Shown in pieces: positions 44,684 through 55,036 of a stretch of 64,000 bases of DNA (its first letter is position 1; each line of letters starts with the position of its first letter). Below the pieces are notes generated by a model. That model was not told the DNA's origin, ran no database searches, and saw nothing but the letters and a program-made list of their open reading frames with translations. The stretch is from the NCBI GenBank assembly GCA_963663865.1, contig OY760686.1, positions 2,912,001-2,976,000 on the forward strand. The letters run 5' to 3'. The position numbers and the translations under genes are program-made. This DNA is from Spirochaetota bacterium (GTDB taxonomy: Bacteria; Spirochaetota; UBA4802; UBA5550).

Positions 44684-47236
44684 TCAATGTCCAAGAAGGT
44701 CGCTGCTTATATCGTTAATTATCGCGTTGTCTGTTTCGGTCTGTATATTCTTTATCACCGACCTTTTCTGTTCTCTCACCAGGTTCTCAGAGGGGCCCTT
44801 CCTGGCTGCCCTGACTCCAACATCGCTTCCGTTGCAGGAGGCACACTCTTCAGTAGGCTCTGTTCCCGGAATAAAGATTTCGCTAATCTTGCTTAAACAT
44901 CCAGGACCCGGAAGAAGCCCTGTTTTTGAACATATTTCCTTCTCTGCGAGAGCTGCGTATGCCGGAAAACCGGTAACCGGCACTCCTTTCATGGCTTCCT
45001 TCATGTAAGAAGCCCATACCGGAGCAGCCACCGCGCCGCCAGCCTGTCCCGGACCGAGAGAAAGCCCCATTTTATCATAGCCTATCCAGATACTCGTTGT
45101 GAGCTGAGGGGTAAATCCTACGAACCAGGCGTCCTTGTAGTTATTTGTAGTTCCAGTCTTACCTGCCGCCGGCCTTCCAATTGATGCACCCATGCCTGTT
45201 CCGGAGCTGACCACGCCCTGCATCATGCTTATCATAATCTGTGAGGTCTCGGGCTTAATAACCTGGATTGTGCCGTTATTGCGTTTTTCCTCAAGGAGCT
45301 TGTTTACATCAGCCTCCTGATTCTGTACTATTTTCCCGTCCCTGTCTTTTATATACCTTATGCTCAGAGGAATTACATCTCGTCCGCCGTTGGCAATAAT
45401 CGCATAGGCTCTTGTAAGCTCGAAGGGACTCACCTCTATTGAGCCGAGGGCGATAGAGAAGTTTCTGGGAATTCTGCTCCTGGCTTCCTCCTGGTTGAAT
45501 TTGAGCAGCCTCGTATAATACTGCGTAACCGTATCTATGCCGAGCTGATCGGCCAGTCTTATTGAGATTACATTCAGAGAAAGCGCGAGTGCCTTCCTGA
45601 GACGCACCAGCCCCTGATAGTCGCCCTCATAGTTCTCAGGCAGCCAATCTCCTCCTTCCGTGTCGAGATAGACTATCGGAGAGTCAAGTATAGCGCTGGC
45701 AGGCGTAAACTTTCCTGATTCAATTGCGGCTGAATACAGCAGCGGCTTGATTGATGATCCCGGCTGCCTGCGCGACTGCATGGTGCGGTTAAGCTGGTTA
45801 TAGGTGGTGAAATCTGAACCGCCCACCATGGCCTCAATGTAGCCGTTCCGCTGATCTATCGAAAGGAAACAGCCCTGAACCCTCTGCTGCTCCCTGTCGT
45901 CAAGAAATGTTCCCCTGAATGATTCAGCAAGATCGTAAACAGGGGCCACTCCGGTTAGAAAATTGACGGCATCAAGCTCTTCTATCACATGGCTCCTGAT
46001 ATGCGCATTCAGCTTTACTGCTTCACGCGAGCCCCGTCTTTTCAGACCGGGTATGTCAAAGAGGTAGCTGAGAAACTCAACCGTTTCAGTGTACCGTTCG
46101 GCTATGTACCCGTCATCATTATATGAGAGCCCGGAAGAAACAGCTGTCTGCTTTTCAAGAGCAGCGGCCAGAACCTTCTCAGCCGCATCCTGTTTTCTGA
46201 TGTCCAGCGTTGTGTAGACGTTGAGACCCTGTTTGTAAACCACATCCTCGCCAAAATCCTCAACAAGCCTGCGGCGTATATACTCTGTAAACCACGGCGC
46301 CCTGTTGACCCTTGAAGTCCAGGTATTCCGCGTGGGAGCAAGTTCATTTATGCGCATCAGGTAGTCCGGCCAGAAATCAAGGTAGCTCTTTTCAGCCTGT
46401 TCGACACTCAGGAAGCCGAGTTCAACCATCCTCGCCAGTACGACCCTGTGCCTCTGCATGGATAGCTTTGTGTGTCTAATGGGAGAGTAACGGTTTGGCG
46501 CGGAAGGCAGGGTGGCTATGAGAGCGCATTCAGCTGTGTTGAGCTCATTTACGCTCTTCTGGAAGTAAAACTGAGCAGCGGCCTCAACCCCGTAAGCTCC
46601 ATGACCCAGAAATATCTGATTGAGGTACATGCCATAAATCTGCTCTTTAGTAAAGGTAAACTCCATCATCAGTGCGATGAAGGCCTCCTTTGCCTTCCGG
46701 TAAAGGCTTCTCTCCCTGTCTGTCAGAAGTATCTTGGAGAGCTGTTGTGTGATAGTGCTTCCCCCCTGCTTTACACCCCCGGCAGCGATGTTAACAAAGA
46801 AGGCACGGATAATTCCTTTCGCATTAATTCCTGAATGGCTGTAGAACTCGGTGTCCTCAATCGCCATTACCGCGTTTTTCAAATCATCCGGGATACTCTC
46901 GAAGGGAACGACTTCCCTTTTCTCCTGAAAAAGCTCCGCGATAAGCACATCGTTTCTGTCATATATCTTTGTGGTCACGCTTGGCCTGAATGAGGTCAGC
47001 TCCTTGACCTTCTGAAAGTCAAGATATACAATGACTCCGAAAGCGATAATAAAACCTACAGCGATTCCGGCAGCTGCGATCCTGTACCGGTTCAAGAGCA
47101 TTAACAAAGCCCCCGAAACCACCCTGACGGCCGCGATTGTCCTGTTGAGCAGATTATCCAGAAAAGCCAGAACCCTTCCGAACCATCCGCCTCCGGGCAT
47201 TCCATAGCTGCCCCGGCTGCTTCCCATATATCTCAT
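44684..47236 (-). CDS. mrcA: Class A penicillin-binding protein (PBP1A family)
   Basis: Transglycosylase EDTEFYSH, GGSTITQQL, RKAKE; transpeptidase SSIK, SLN, KTGT. Confidence 0.93.
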   Translation of the reverse strand: MRYMGSSRGSYGMPGGGWFGRVLAFLDNLLNRTIAAVRVVSGALLMLLNRYRIAAAGIAVGFIIAFGVIVYLDFQKVKELTSFRPSVTTKIYDRNDVLIAELFQEKREVVPFESIPDDLKNAVMAIEDTEFYSHSGINAKGIIRAFFVNIAAGGVKQGGSTITQQLSKILLTDRERSLYRKAKEAFIALMMEFTFTKEQIYGMYLNQIFLGHGAYGVEAAAQFYFQKSVNELNTAECALIATLPSAPNRYSPIRHTKLSMQRHRVVLARMVELGFLSVEQAEKSYLDFWPDYLMRINELAPTRNTWTSRVNRAPWFTEYIRRRLVEDFGEDVVYKQGLNVYTTLDIRKQDAAEKVLAAALEKQTAVSSGLSYNDDGYIAERYTETVEFLSYLFDIPGLKRRGSREAVKLNAHIRSHVIEELDAVNFLTGVAPVYDLAESFRGTFLDDREQQRVQGCFLSIDQRNGYIEAMVGGSDFTTYNQLNRTMQSRRQPGSSIKPLLYSAAIESGKFTPASAILDSPIVYLDTEGGDWLPENYEGDYQGLVRLRKALALSLNVISIRLADQLGIDTVTQYYTRLLKFNQEEARSRIPRNFSIALGSIEVSPFELTRAYAIIANGGRDVIPLSIRYIKDRDGKIVQNQEADVNKLLEEKRNNGTIQVIKPETSQIMISMMQGVVSSGTGMGASIGRPAAGKTGTTNNYKDAWFVGFTPQLTTSIWIGYDKMGLSLGPGQAGGAVAAPVWASYMKEAMKGVPVTGFPAYAALAEKEICSKTGLLPGPGCLSKISEIFIPGTEPTEECASCNGSDVGVRAARKGPSENLVREQKRSVIKNIQTETDNAIINDISSDLLGH

Positions 47237-47541
47237 CTGGTGAAAATACCCCGTTTTTTTTTACAGTCTCTGTTTGCCCGAATAATTTTCAACCATAAAT
47301 CATTCGTTATGTGAGATGAAGCCGGAATTCAACACCTTTCTACCAGTATCTTTTCCGCAACTCTCTGGATTTCCTGAAAAAAATCATAATAATTCCCATT
47401 TTTTTAACTCTAATCATATAGCCCCATTTAAAGGGCTTTTTGATATTGTATTCAATTATATTCGCTTATTTTCGCCATTATTCAGTCTAAATGGATTTTT
47501 ATGACAATGTCGACTTTGGAAATGATAAATAATGCTGATTA

Positions 47542-47580
47542 ATGCGGTCAAGGATGACTGCATCAGATTTCAAGGAGGAA
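47542..47580 (+). promoter_or_regulatory. CsrA-type binding sites in the flagellin leader
   Basis: Hairpin ATGCGGTCA-AGGA-TGACTGCAT presents AGGA in the loop; a second AAGGAGGA is at the SD, as known for flagellin leaders in spirochaetes and Bacillus. Confidence 0.75.
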
Positions 47581-47582
47581 AT

Positions 47583-48431
47583 ATGATAATCAACCACAAT
47601 GTAGCGGCGATCTTTTCGCACCGAACCCTGAAGTTTCACGACTGGGATCTCACAAAGAACATTGAAAAGCTCTCTTCGGGCATGAGAATTAACAAGGCCG
47701 GCGACGATGCGTCAGGACTTGCCGTCTCCGAAAAGATGCGATCACAGATTCAGGGCCTCAGGCAGGCGGAAAGGAACACCGAAGACGGCATGTCGCTTAT
47801 TCAGACCGCTGAAGGATATCTGAGCGAGACACACAGCATCATCCAGCGAGTCAGGGTGCTTGCAGTACAGGCTGCTAACGGAATATACACAGCCGAAGAC
47901 CGCCAGCTCATTCAGGTAGAGGTGTCAGAGCTGATCGATGAAATCGACAGGATTTCTTCGCAGGCGGAATTCAACAAGATGAAGCTTCTGACAGGCTCGT
48001 TCGCAAGACTTCATCCGACGTCCTCAATGTGGTTCCACATGGGCCCGAATATGCACCAGAGAGAAAGAGTGTTCATTGAGACTATGACCACCGCGGCACT
48101 GGGATTGAGAAACCCTACCGTCCTCACCTTTGTCTCAATATCGACTCCGGGCAAAGCTAACTCGGTAATAGGCCTGGCCGACGAAGCTCTCAGAATAATA
48201 TCAAAACAGAGAGCCGACCTCGGAGCATACTACAACAGGCTTGAGCACGCAGCAAAGGGCCTCATGAACGCGTACGAAAACGTTCAGGCATCAGAAAGCC
48301 GCATCAGAGACGCGGACATGGCCGAAGAGATGTCTTCGTTTACAAGATACCAGATTCTCACGCAGGCAGCGACTTCAATGCTCGCGCAGGCGAATACAAA
48401 GTCACAATCTGTTCTCCAGCTGCTTCAGTAA
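47583..48431 (+). CDS. flaB: Periplasmic flagellar filament core protein FlaB
   Basis: MIINHN start, [39 protein letters not shown]. Confidence 0.95.
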   Translation: MIINHNVAAIFSHRTLKFHDWDLTKNIEKLSSGMRINKAGDDASGLAVSEKMRSQIQGLRQAERNTEDGMSLIQTAEGYLSETHSIIQRVRVLAVQAANGIYTAEDRQLIQVEVSELIDEIDRISSQAEFNKMKLLTGSFARLHPTSSMWFHMGPNMHQRERVFIETMTTAALGLRNPTVLTFVSISTPGKANSVIGLADEALRIISKQRADLGAYYNRLEHAAKGLMNAYENVQASESRIRDADMAEEMSSFTRYQILTQAATSMLAQANTKSQSVLQLLQ

Positions 48432-48461
48432 GCTTGAGCCAGCATCGCAATACCATTCGAC

Positions 48462-48498
48462 AAAAAAGGCCGGTAACTCCCAACCGGCCTTTATTTTT
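48462..48498 (+). terminator. Rho-independent (probably bidirectional) terminator after flaB
   Basis: AAAGGCCGGT/ACCGGCCTTT stem flanked by A and T runs. Confidence 0.8.
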
Positions 48499-48606
48499 CC
48501 CCACGGAATACATTACAACCACCGACACAGAGATCAACTCAGGCTCCCTTGACTAAAAAACTTCAATTTTGCCAATAATTAATATTGTTCAGTTTTGAGA
48601 AAATCT

Positions 48607-49311
48607 TTACTCTCCTCCACCGGGAACAAACCGGTACCACTCCATCAGGGGCTTCCACCCGTGATAGGTGAACTGCATAGTCTCAGAGAGTATCTCCTTC
48701 ATTTCAGTGTAACTAACCCTGTGCATCAGAATTTCTCTGACAGTGCTTATATAAAATGAAACGATATTATGCACGAAAAACTCTGAAATCGTAATATTAG
48801 CCTGTGGATACAGCTCCCTGGCCCTGCTGATGAAGCCCAGTGAGTACTCAGTGTAGTGGTCAATAATCTCCTCTGCAAAGTCCTCAAGCTCTGATCCGGC
48901 AGAACTGAAGGCAAGAAGCTCAAGGTTCTTTCTGTGCTTTTCGATAAAATCCGCAACAGCGGTCACGACACCCATGTGATATTCCAGGGTCCAGGACTCT
49001 GGCCTCTGTAAGTAATCAACACTCCGGAGGTCATCCAGAATAAGTCTGATGGCGCTGACTGTCGGCTCTACTATAGCCGTAAATATAGAGTCTTTACTTC
49101 CATAGTAGTTATATATATTTCCTGAAGAAATATCCGACTTCTCAGCAATCCTTCTGATGTTGGCCCTCATGAATCCGTATGCTTCGAATTCCAGCCTTGC
49201 CTCGTTGAGTATCCTTCTGCGGACGCTTTCTTTTAACGATTGAATTTCATTGTCCCCATTTCTATAATTATACTCAGCATGACTAAACCCAAAATTAAAA
49301 AGGTCAATCAT
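48607..49311 (-). CDS. TetR/AcrR family regulator (start uncertain)
   Basis: ILNEARLEFEAYGFMRANIRRIAEKSDISSGNIYNYYGSKDSIF. Confidence 0.9.
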   Translation of the reverse strand: MIDLFNFGFSHAEYNYRNGDNEIQSLKESVRRRILNEARLEFEAYGFMRANIRRIAEKSDISSGNIYNYYGSKDSIFTAIVEPTVSAIRLILDDLRSVDYLQRPESWTLEYHMGVVTAVADFIEKHRKNLELLAFSSAGSELEDFAEEIIDHYTEYSLGFISRARELYPQANITISEFFVHNIVSFYISTVREILMHRVSYTEMKEILSETMQFTYHGWKPLMEWYRFVPGGGE

Positions 49312-49706
49312 AATTCCCCCTCATACCGCTCGTTTGGTTGAACAAACAAGTAAAATATATAGAGATGTCATGAAGAACACTGACATAAGTCCAATATAAG
49401 CGACCATCTAAGTTTTTCAACTGCTCTTTCATTTAGATGTTTCCCCGATATCAATTTCAGAAAGACTCAGTTCCTGACGCTAACAACCACTCATCACTGC
49501 GTTATTCAGCACCCCTGTAATTAGTCACAACTAACATTGATGACAAATTGTGTCAACTTTATATCTTTTTGAGTGTTTGATTCAATTTAAAAAAATCTGA
49601 AAAAAAGCGGCAACCAACCAGTGAAAACATGGGGTATGCCCATAATACCACAGTTAATATCTGTAATGCTTACACAGGTAAGGGCAAAAAAATAATTACT
49701 AATTCT

Positions 49707-50306
49707 TCATTTAATTCTATGATCTGTAAGAAGGAACTTAAGAACAATCTTCATTTCAATGCGATCATCATCGACGCAGTCTGGAATAGCCTCAAACGGT
49801 TCAGAATCTCTAACCGCTTCCACTGCAGCCCGGTCCAAATCCAAAAAACCCGAAGATTTCTCAACTCTAAGTCCATACACAAATCCACTTCGGATAATCC
49901 CGAATGCGACAAGAACCTCTCCTTCATGCCGTTTTCTGCGAGCCCATTCAGGATACCTTTTTTGTGCTGCAATTTTGCTTTTAACTACCGCGGTATATCC
50001 CGCTTCCAGTTTCGCCCCTAACCCATCCCGCTGGCCTTGAGTAGACTTATCGATTATACCATTCCCATCAGCTTCAGGATTAGATTCAACTCGGCCTCCC
50101 TCAATCTTCTCTACCAGGTTACCAGAGCCCCTAAATGACTCAGGAAGAAACTCCACCTCCTGAGAGCAGGACAAAGGCTGTTCCACTGGCTTGAGAAGCG
50201 TGCCACCTTCCGTCAGAACAATAGATGCAAGGCCGGCATGAATAAGAACTGAAAGCACAAACGAACACCTGAATAGGGTGTCTGACTTTTGTTTAAAGAA
50301 CTCCAT
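49707..50306 (-). CDS. Short TonB-family energy transducer
   Basis: N-terminal TM with SVLIH; C-terminal YPEWARR..EG..SSGFLDLDRAAVEAV. Confidence 0.85.
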   Translation of the reverse strand: MEFFKQKSDTLFRCSFVLSVLIHAGLASIVLTEGGTLLKPVEQPLSCSQEVEFLPESFRGSGNLVEKIEGGRVESNPEADGNGIIDKSTQGQRDGLGAKLEAGYTAVVKSKIAAQKRYPEWARRKRHEGEVLVAFGIIRSGFVYGLRVEKSSGFLDLDRAAVEAVRDSEPFEAIPDCVDDDRIEMKIVLKFLLTDHRIK

Positions 50307-50322
50307 ACATACTTCTGTGCTC

Positions 50323-52398
50323 TTAAAAACTATAGGTCAGACTGCCATAAATAAACCGGCCCGGTTCATTCACAACTGAGACATTATTCCCTCCCACATC
50401 GGTAGGATCATACTCGTAGGAGTTTGATACTGCATAGGTTTTATTAAAAACATTGTTTATTCCCAGATTTAGTGCCGTTCCTTTCATAAAGCCGAAAAAA
50501 TTCTTTTCTTCGGTAAAACGGTATCCAATCTTTAAATTAAACACATCCCAGCCGTCAAGCCGCCTCTCTCCAGCTGGACTGTCAATACTGGTATCCGATT
50601 CAGAATGGGTCCATTCTACTGAGAGCGACAGGTCATTCCTATTCCATGATATATCCACCCTGGACTTTAGAGGCGGTATTTCAGCAAGGTCCTTATCATC
50701 ATTATCACTGAGAGTATCAATTTTCCTGCCTGTCTGGCATGATACGGCTCCGCTCAAAGTCAGGCCCTTAACTGGTTCCACAGCAACCGTAAAATCACCT
50801 CCGGCAATATAAACGTCAATATTTGTCCAGGTTTTTGCCGGAACTGTTGTCTGATAGATATAATCTGTGATATAGCTATAAAAGCCCTTCCCTTTAATTT
50901 TTATCTTTTTAAGCGGAGTGACTTCAAGGCCCAGGTCAGCCTCATGATTCCTGGCAGACTTAAGGTCAGGGTTTCCGTAAAACGTACTGCCCTGCTGAGT
51001 GTACCTCTCAACCGCGGTGGGTGTTCGAGTTGAAACACCGGCTCCGCCAAACAGTGTTATATTCTCAAGGGCATAGTATTTCATAAAAATATTCCCCCCT
51101 GGAAATATCTCCGTCACCTCGTTAGTTTGAGTTATTGAAAGACTGTCAATCAGGCGCCCTCCGGCTTTACTTCTGAATATATCCCCTCTTAATCCTGCAG
51201 TTATTGACAACAAGCCGATGTCACGATCAGCCTTAATATAGCCGCCAAAATCAACCTCGCCTACATCGGGAAAAAGATTGGGATTCATAACCTCGCCGGT
51301 TTCACGGCTAAATAGCTTCCCATCCCAGCTTCTGTAATAAAAATCAATTCCACATGTCAACCCAGCAAATGAGGTCATTGTTTTGTTCTCAACCTTCGCT
51401 CCAGTTATGCCAGATAATGCCTCAATACGTCTGGTGTTCACCACGCCTGATCTGTATTCTCCATATGGATAATGTTCTATACGATTATAGTACGCGGATA
51501 AAGACAGCAGTTCAGACATACTGCCCAAATTGCTATGAGCGTACTCGATTTTGTTCATGAATGTCTTTTCCTGTTTTATGTCCATGCCAGTACGTGGAGA
51601 TAAAATATCTTTCCCGGCTCCATATGAAGATGTCACAGCAAGTCTCTGCTTATCGGACATATCGAAATTAATTTTCCCCCAGAAATCATGTTTTGAGAAG
51701 GCATCTTTTGACTTTCCCGCCGCTGTATAGCTCTGATTAAAACTGGTCAAGGGGTTACCGCTTCCGTCTTTGTACTGTCCAGACCTGGAAAAATTATATC
51801 CGAACAGCCCCTGAATTAAATCATTGCCGCCAGTCAGAAAACCGCCCAGACTCATAAAATCAAATGACCCGTATTTCAGCTGGGTTTCTCCATGAAAGCC
51901 CTTTTGCGGGTCCTTTGTCTTAACGTTGACACTTCCCCCGAGAGCTCCCGGGACAGCAACATCAAATGGACCTTCATTTATCTGCATTTCTCCGACTGAA
52001 ATCATATTAATATGAGAAAGAGGAGGATCTTTTCTGCTTCCGCATGATCCTTCAACAAGAGTTCCGTCAGATGTAAATCTAAGGTTACTCTTGGTAAAAC
52101 CTCTCAGACCAACCTCATTGCCATATCCGCTCTTCCTGACCATTGAAGCTTCTACAAGCTCGTCAGCTATTACCTCTGAGAGATCGACAACCTTATGTGT
52201 TTTAATGCTTTTCCTGGATATCACCGTGGTATTTCCGCCACCCTGTCCCTGAGATGTCTCACTACTTTCAGCTTCAACCGTGATGGATCCCAGATTAAAC
52301 ACTGTACTTTGTGCCCTTAGCCCCATACTAAAAAACGCAGTAAGCATTCCAGCCAAATAAAAACGACATAATACTCGCACCAATTTCAAACCCTTCAT
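50323..52398 (-). CDS. TonB-dependent receptor, probably for a metal
   Basis: GGAGG SD before MKGLK; TonB box ITVEA; plug GPF..GALGGSVN; GNPDLK; EPGRFIYGSLTYSF terminus. Confidence 0.92.
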   Translation of the reverse strand: MKGLKLVRVLCRFYLAGMLTAFFSMGLRAQSTVFNLGSITVEAESSETSQGQGGGNTTVISRKSIKTHKVVDLSEVIADELVEASMVRKSGYGNEVGLRGFTKSNLRFTSDGTLVEGSCGSRKDPPLSHINMISVGEMQINEGPFDVAVPGALGGSVNVKTKDPQKGFHGETQLKYGSFDFMSLGGFLTGGNDLIQGLFGYNFSRSGQYKDGSGNPLTSFNQSYTAAGKSKDAFSKHDFWGKINFDMSDKQRLAVTSSYGAGKDILSPRTGMDIKQEKTFMNKIEYAHSNLGSMSELLSLSAYYNRIEHYPYGEYRSGVVNTRRIEALSGITGAKVENKTMTSFAGLTCGIDFYYRSWDGKLFSRETGEVMNPNLFPDVGEVDFGGYIKADRDIGLLSITAGLRGDIFRSKAGGRLIDSLSITQTNEVTEIFPGGNIFMKYYALENITLFGGAGVSTRTPTAVERYTQQGSTFYGNPDLKSARNHEADLGLEVTPLKKIKIKGKGFYSYITDYIYQTTVPAKTWTNIDVYIAGGDFTVAVEPVKGLTLSGAVSCQTGRKIDTLSDNDDKDLAEIPPLKSRVDISWNRNDLSLSVEWTHSESDTSIDSPAGERRLDGWDVFNLKIGYRFTEEKNFFGFMKGTALNLGINNVFNKTYAVSNSYEYDPTDVGGNNVSVVNEPGRFIYGSLTYSF

Positions 52399-52510
52399 AA
52401 TTCCTCCCAAAATATCCAATAGAAATTATTTCTGTTTAGAAAATACAAAAATACCTTCAGATAAATCCACGAACAAACTGGGAAGGAAATTATAATATTG
52501 CAAATAGAAT

Positions 52511-52948
52511 TTATTTCTGTTTGATACTTTTTTGTTTCTCCGCCATACAACGCTCACATATACCGTTTACCTGCATAAAATGACTAATCACCCTGAATCC
52601 GCTTACATTTTCAATGGCAGTCATACAACAGGCACTGATATCCTTAACCATTCCGCACTTTATGCATATGATGTGATGATGATGCGATGAATTTCCGGTT
52701 TCACACAAACCATAGTGTTTTTTTCTGTCGAACATCTGAACTCGCACCAGAATTCCGCACTCTACAAGGGTTTCAAGATTTCTGTAAACCCCCGGCAAAC
52801 CCCATTTTTCGAACTCTTCATTTAAACCGGTCCACACATCCTCAGCGGTTAAATGACGGTTCTGTTCGACAAAGAACTCAATAATGGCCTTCCTGCGTGG
52901 AGTCATTTTAAACCCCTGCGTCCGGAGGCTGTCAAAATAATCGTTCAT
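52511..52948 (-). CDS. Fur-family metalloregulator (Zur-like)
   Basis: GFKMTPRR, HLTAE, VYRNL, HHHHIICIKCG, GICERC. Confidence 0.9.
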   Translation of the reverse strand: MNDYFDSLRTQGFKMTPRRKAIIEFFVEQNRHLTAEDVWTGLNEEFEKWGLPGVYRNLETLVECGILVRVQMFDRKKHYGLCETGNSSHHHHIICIKCGMVKDISACCMTAIENVSGFRVISHFMQVNGICERCMAEKQKSIKQK

Positions 52949-52991
52949 AAATCAACCTTTCCGTCAATATTACTGAAACTTAAGCCGCTCT

Positions 52992-54071
52992 TCAGTCTCT
53001 GACCGGCAGATGCAGAAGGCTTAGAGGGTCAACCTGTTCACCGCCCGCGTACAGAGAAACATGCAGATGTGCCGCTGTAGACTGCCCGGTCGAACCGACA
53101 GCGGCGATGACATCGCCCGCGTCAACGACATCGCCTTCTGCTGCGTTCAGCGTTTTTAAATGCATATAGTATGTAAAAATGCCGTTTCCGTGGTCAATAA
53201 CAACCATGTTGCCTTCGTAGAAAAGGAAATCAGCCAGGACGACTCTGCCCCTCGCCATCGCATAAACCGGAGTACCCTCAAATCCCCGTAGGTCAAGGCC
53301 TCTGTGAATGCTGACCTTATCCTTGAGCCTCTTTTTGACGCCCTTTACTGTCCTATACCGCCTGTATGTCCGCTTTGCCCAGAACTCAGAGGTAATATAA
53401 TGCATATCCCTGGGATGTGAGAGCGAGGATGATATCATATCAGGCCCCCGGGAGGCGAATGCCTTCTTTTTCTTTGCGCTGCTGCGCTTTATGTGCTCAA
53501 GGTTATCCTTCTTGGTATGGTAATCAGAGTCAGAAAACTTTCCGAGATTCAGGGCCTTGCGGCTATGGGGGAACGAGGCTTCCCTGACAATAAAACGGCC
53601 GGTTATTTCACGGCTAAACCATCCAAAAGAGTAAACCAGCCGTATCTGCATACTTCCCGGCTCCGCCTCCGGACTGATAGGGATAAAGCCCCGGCTTCCC
53701 CACTCTCTGTGAGTAAGAGGGATCTCCCTTGAACCGCAGTAAAGCTTTGCGCCCTTAACAGGGCCCTGCCCGCCCGAGCGGTACAACTCGGCATAAACAA
53801 GATTCCCCTGCTCGAAGTCCCTCGCGTACAGATCGACTGTGATACCCTCTTCTTCAAGCCTCATGAGCTCGGGCGGTGAAAAGCTGTAAGAGTCCGGGAC
53901 CTTCACGGCATAGGCCCTCGAAAAGCCCTCAACCCTTTTTAAAACTCCCTCCGCGGCAGATGATGCCCCGGGAAATATAGTACAGAATATTATGACCAGT
54001 GCCGCGAAAGGTTTATATCCCCCCGCCGAAAAAAAAACACTGTCTGCCGCAAAACACTTATAAAATCTCAA
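52992..54071 (-). CDS. M23 family peptidase (exported)
   Basis: HRGLD, YMHL, GSTGQSTAAHLH, VDP. Confidence 0.9.
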   Translation of the reverse strand: MRFYKCFAADSVFFSAGGYKPFAALVIIFCTIFPGASSAAEGVLKRVEGFSRAYAVKVPDSYSFSPPELMRLEEEGITVDLYARDFEQGNLVYAELYRSGGQGPVKGAKLYCGSREIPLTHREWGSRGFIPISPEAEPGSMQIRLVYSFGWFSREITGRFIVREASFPHSRKALNLGKFSDSDYHTKKDNLEHIKRSSAKKKKAFASRGPDMISSSLSHPRDMHYITSEFWAKRTYRRYRTVKGVKKRLKDKVSIHRGLDLRGFEGTPVYAMARGRVVLADFLFYEGNMVVIDHGNGIFTYYMHLKTLNAAEGDVVDAGDVIAAVGSTGQSTAAHLHVSLYAGGEQVDPLSLLHLPVRD

Positions 54072-54264
54072 AAAACCTCCTCCAGGACTGTCTCGTCCTG
54101 AGCCCGGTATTTCAGTCTATTACTGAATTTTTGTCAAATGGATATCTTATTTTCTGCTGCGCTCCCGATAAAAAGAATTTACTGTTTACGTTTTCTATGC
54201 TAATTAGTATCTTGAGTCAGGTTCGCCTTTCCGCGCGCTGACACAAGTTCATACTGGAGGCCCC

Positions 54265-55017
54265 ATGCCACTGATAAGGATAATTTTGACAGCAATACTT
54301 GCTTTTACAGCCCTGTCGTGCGAGACGGTGAGCGACGACACTCCCGTGTATTCCGGCAACAGCCCTGACGAGAATGAAGAAGAAAACACCGAAGAGACGG
54401 GGGATGATGCAGACGGAGACGAGGGCACTTCCATAAGCGGTACGATAGCCAACTGGGACGACCTCGCTGCGGAGTACTCGCTGCTTACCATAGATATAAA
54501 CGAGCTTACATTGTACGTCACAGCCTTTACGGAGGGCGCGGAAAAAACCGCTCTGGGCGCCGGTGGTGAAATCGGCGCGGGCGGGTCATTTACGTTTACT
54601 CTTCAGGATGCTGACACTGCCCTCCTGACTGAAAATACTTCCTCCACGTGGCCGGGACTTACTCTTGATCCAGAAAACGGAACCTATTCACTTACAGCGC
54701 TGACTCAGTCACCCGGATCCATCGAAATAGTCACGTCGGAAGGAGACAGCCTCGCCGAGCTTCGTTACATCTCCTACGACCCTAACGCTGCAGCTGCCTA
54801 CCCGGCGAGAGAATGCCTTCTGCAGTATTCAGACGCAGAATTCACAGTTACCGGATCGACTACACATGAAGGCTCCGCCGTCACCGCGGCCGACACCGCA
54901 TTCCCCGCCGGCTGGTCATGGGCCGCCCTGGACTACACCTCTGCCGCCGAGTTGGCTGTAACATCGGAAGCTGTCGGTGACGTCTCTGGACTTTCATGGT
55001 ACGCCGAGTTGCCGTGA
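54265..55017 (+). CDS. Acidic lipoprotein, hypothetical
   Basis: GGAGG SD, lipobox ALSC, acidic tether, then a beta-rich domain. Confidence 0.8.
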   Translation: MPLIRIILTAILAFTALSCETVSDDTPVYSGNSPDENEEENTEETGDDADGDEGTSISGTIANWDDLAAEYSLLTIDINELTLYVTAFTEGAEKTALGAGGEIGAGGSFTFTLQDADTALLTENTSSTWPGLTLDPENGTYSLTALTQSPGSIEIVTSEGDSLAELRYISYDPNAAAAYPARECLLQYSDAEFTVTGSTTHEGSAVTAADTAFPAGWSWAALDYTSAAELAVTSEAVGDVSGLSWYAELP

Positions 55018-55036
55018 CAGTGACGACACTCACGGC

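Noticed and set aside
47487-47516. Sigma28 promoter for flaB (TAAA...GTCGACTT); similar sites near 9987 and 42617
   Set aside because: Spacing is 1-2 bp longer than consensus and the -10 matches are weak, so I did not call them.
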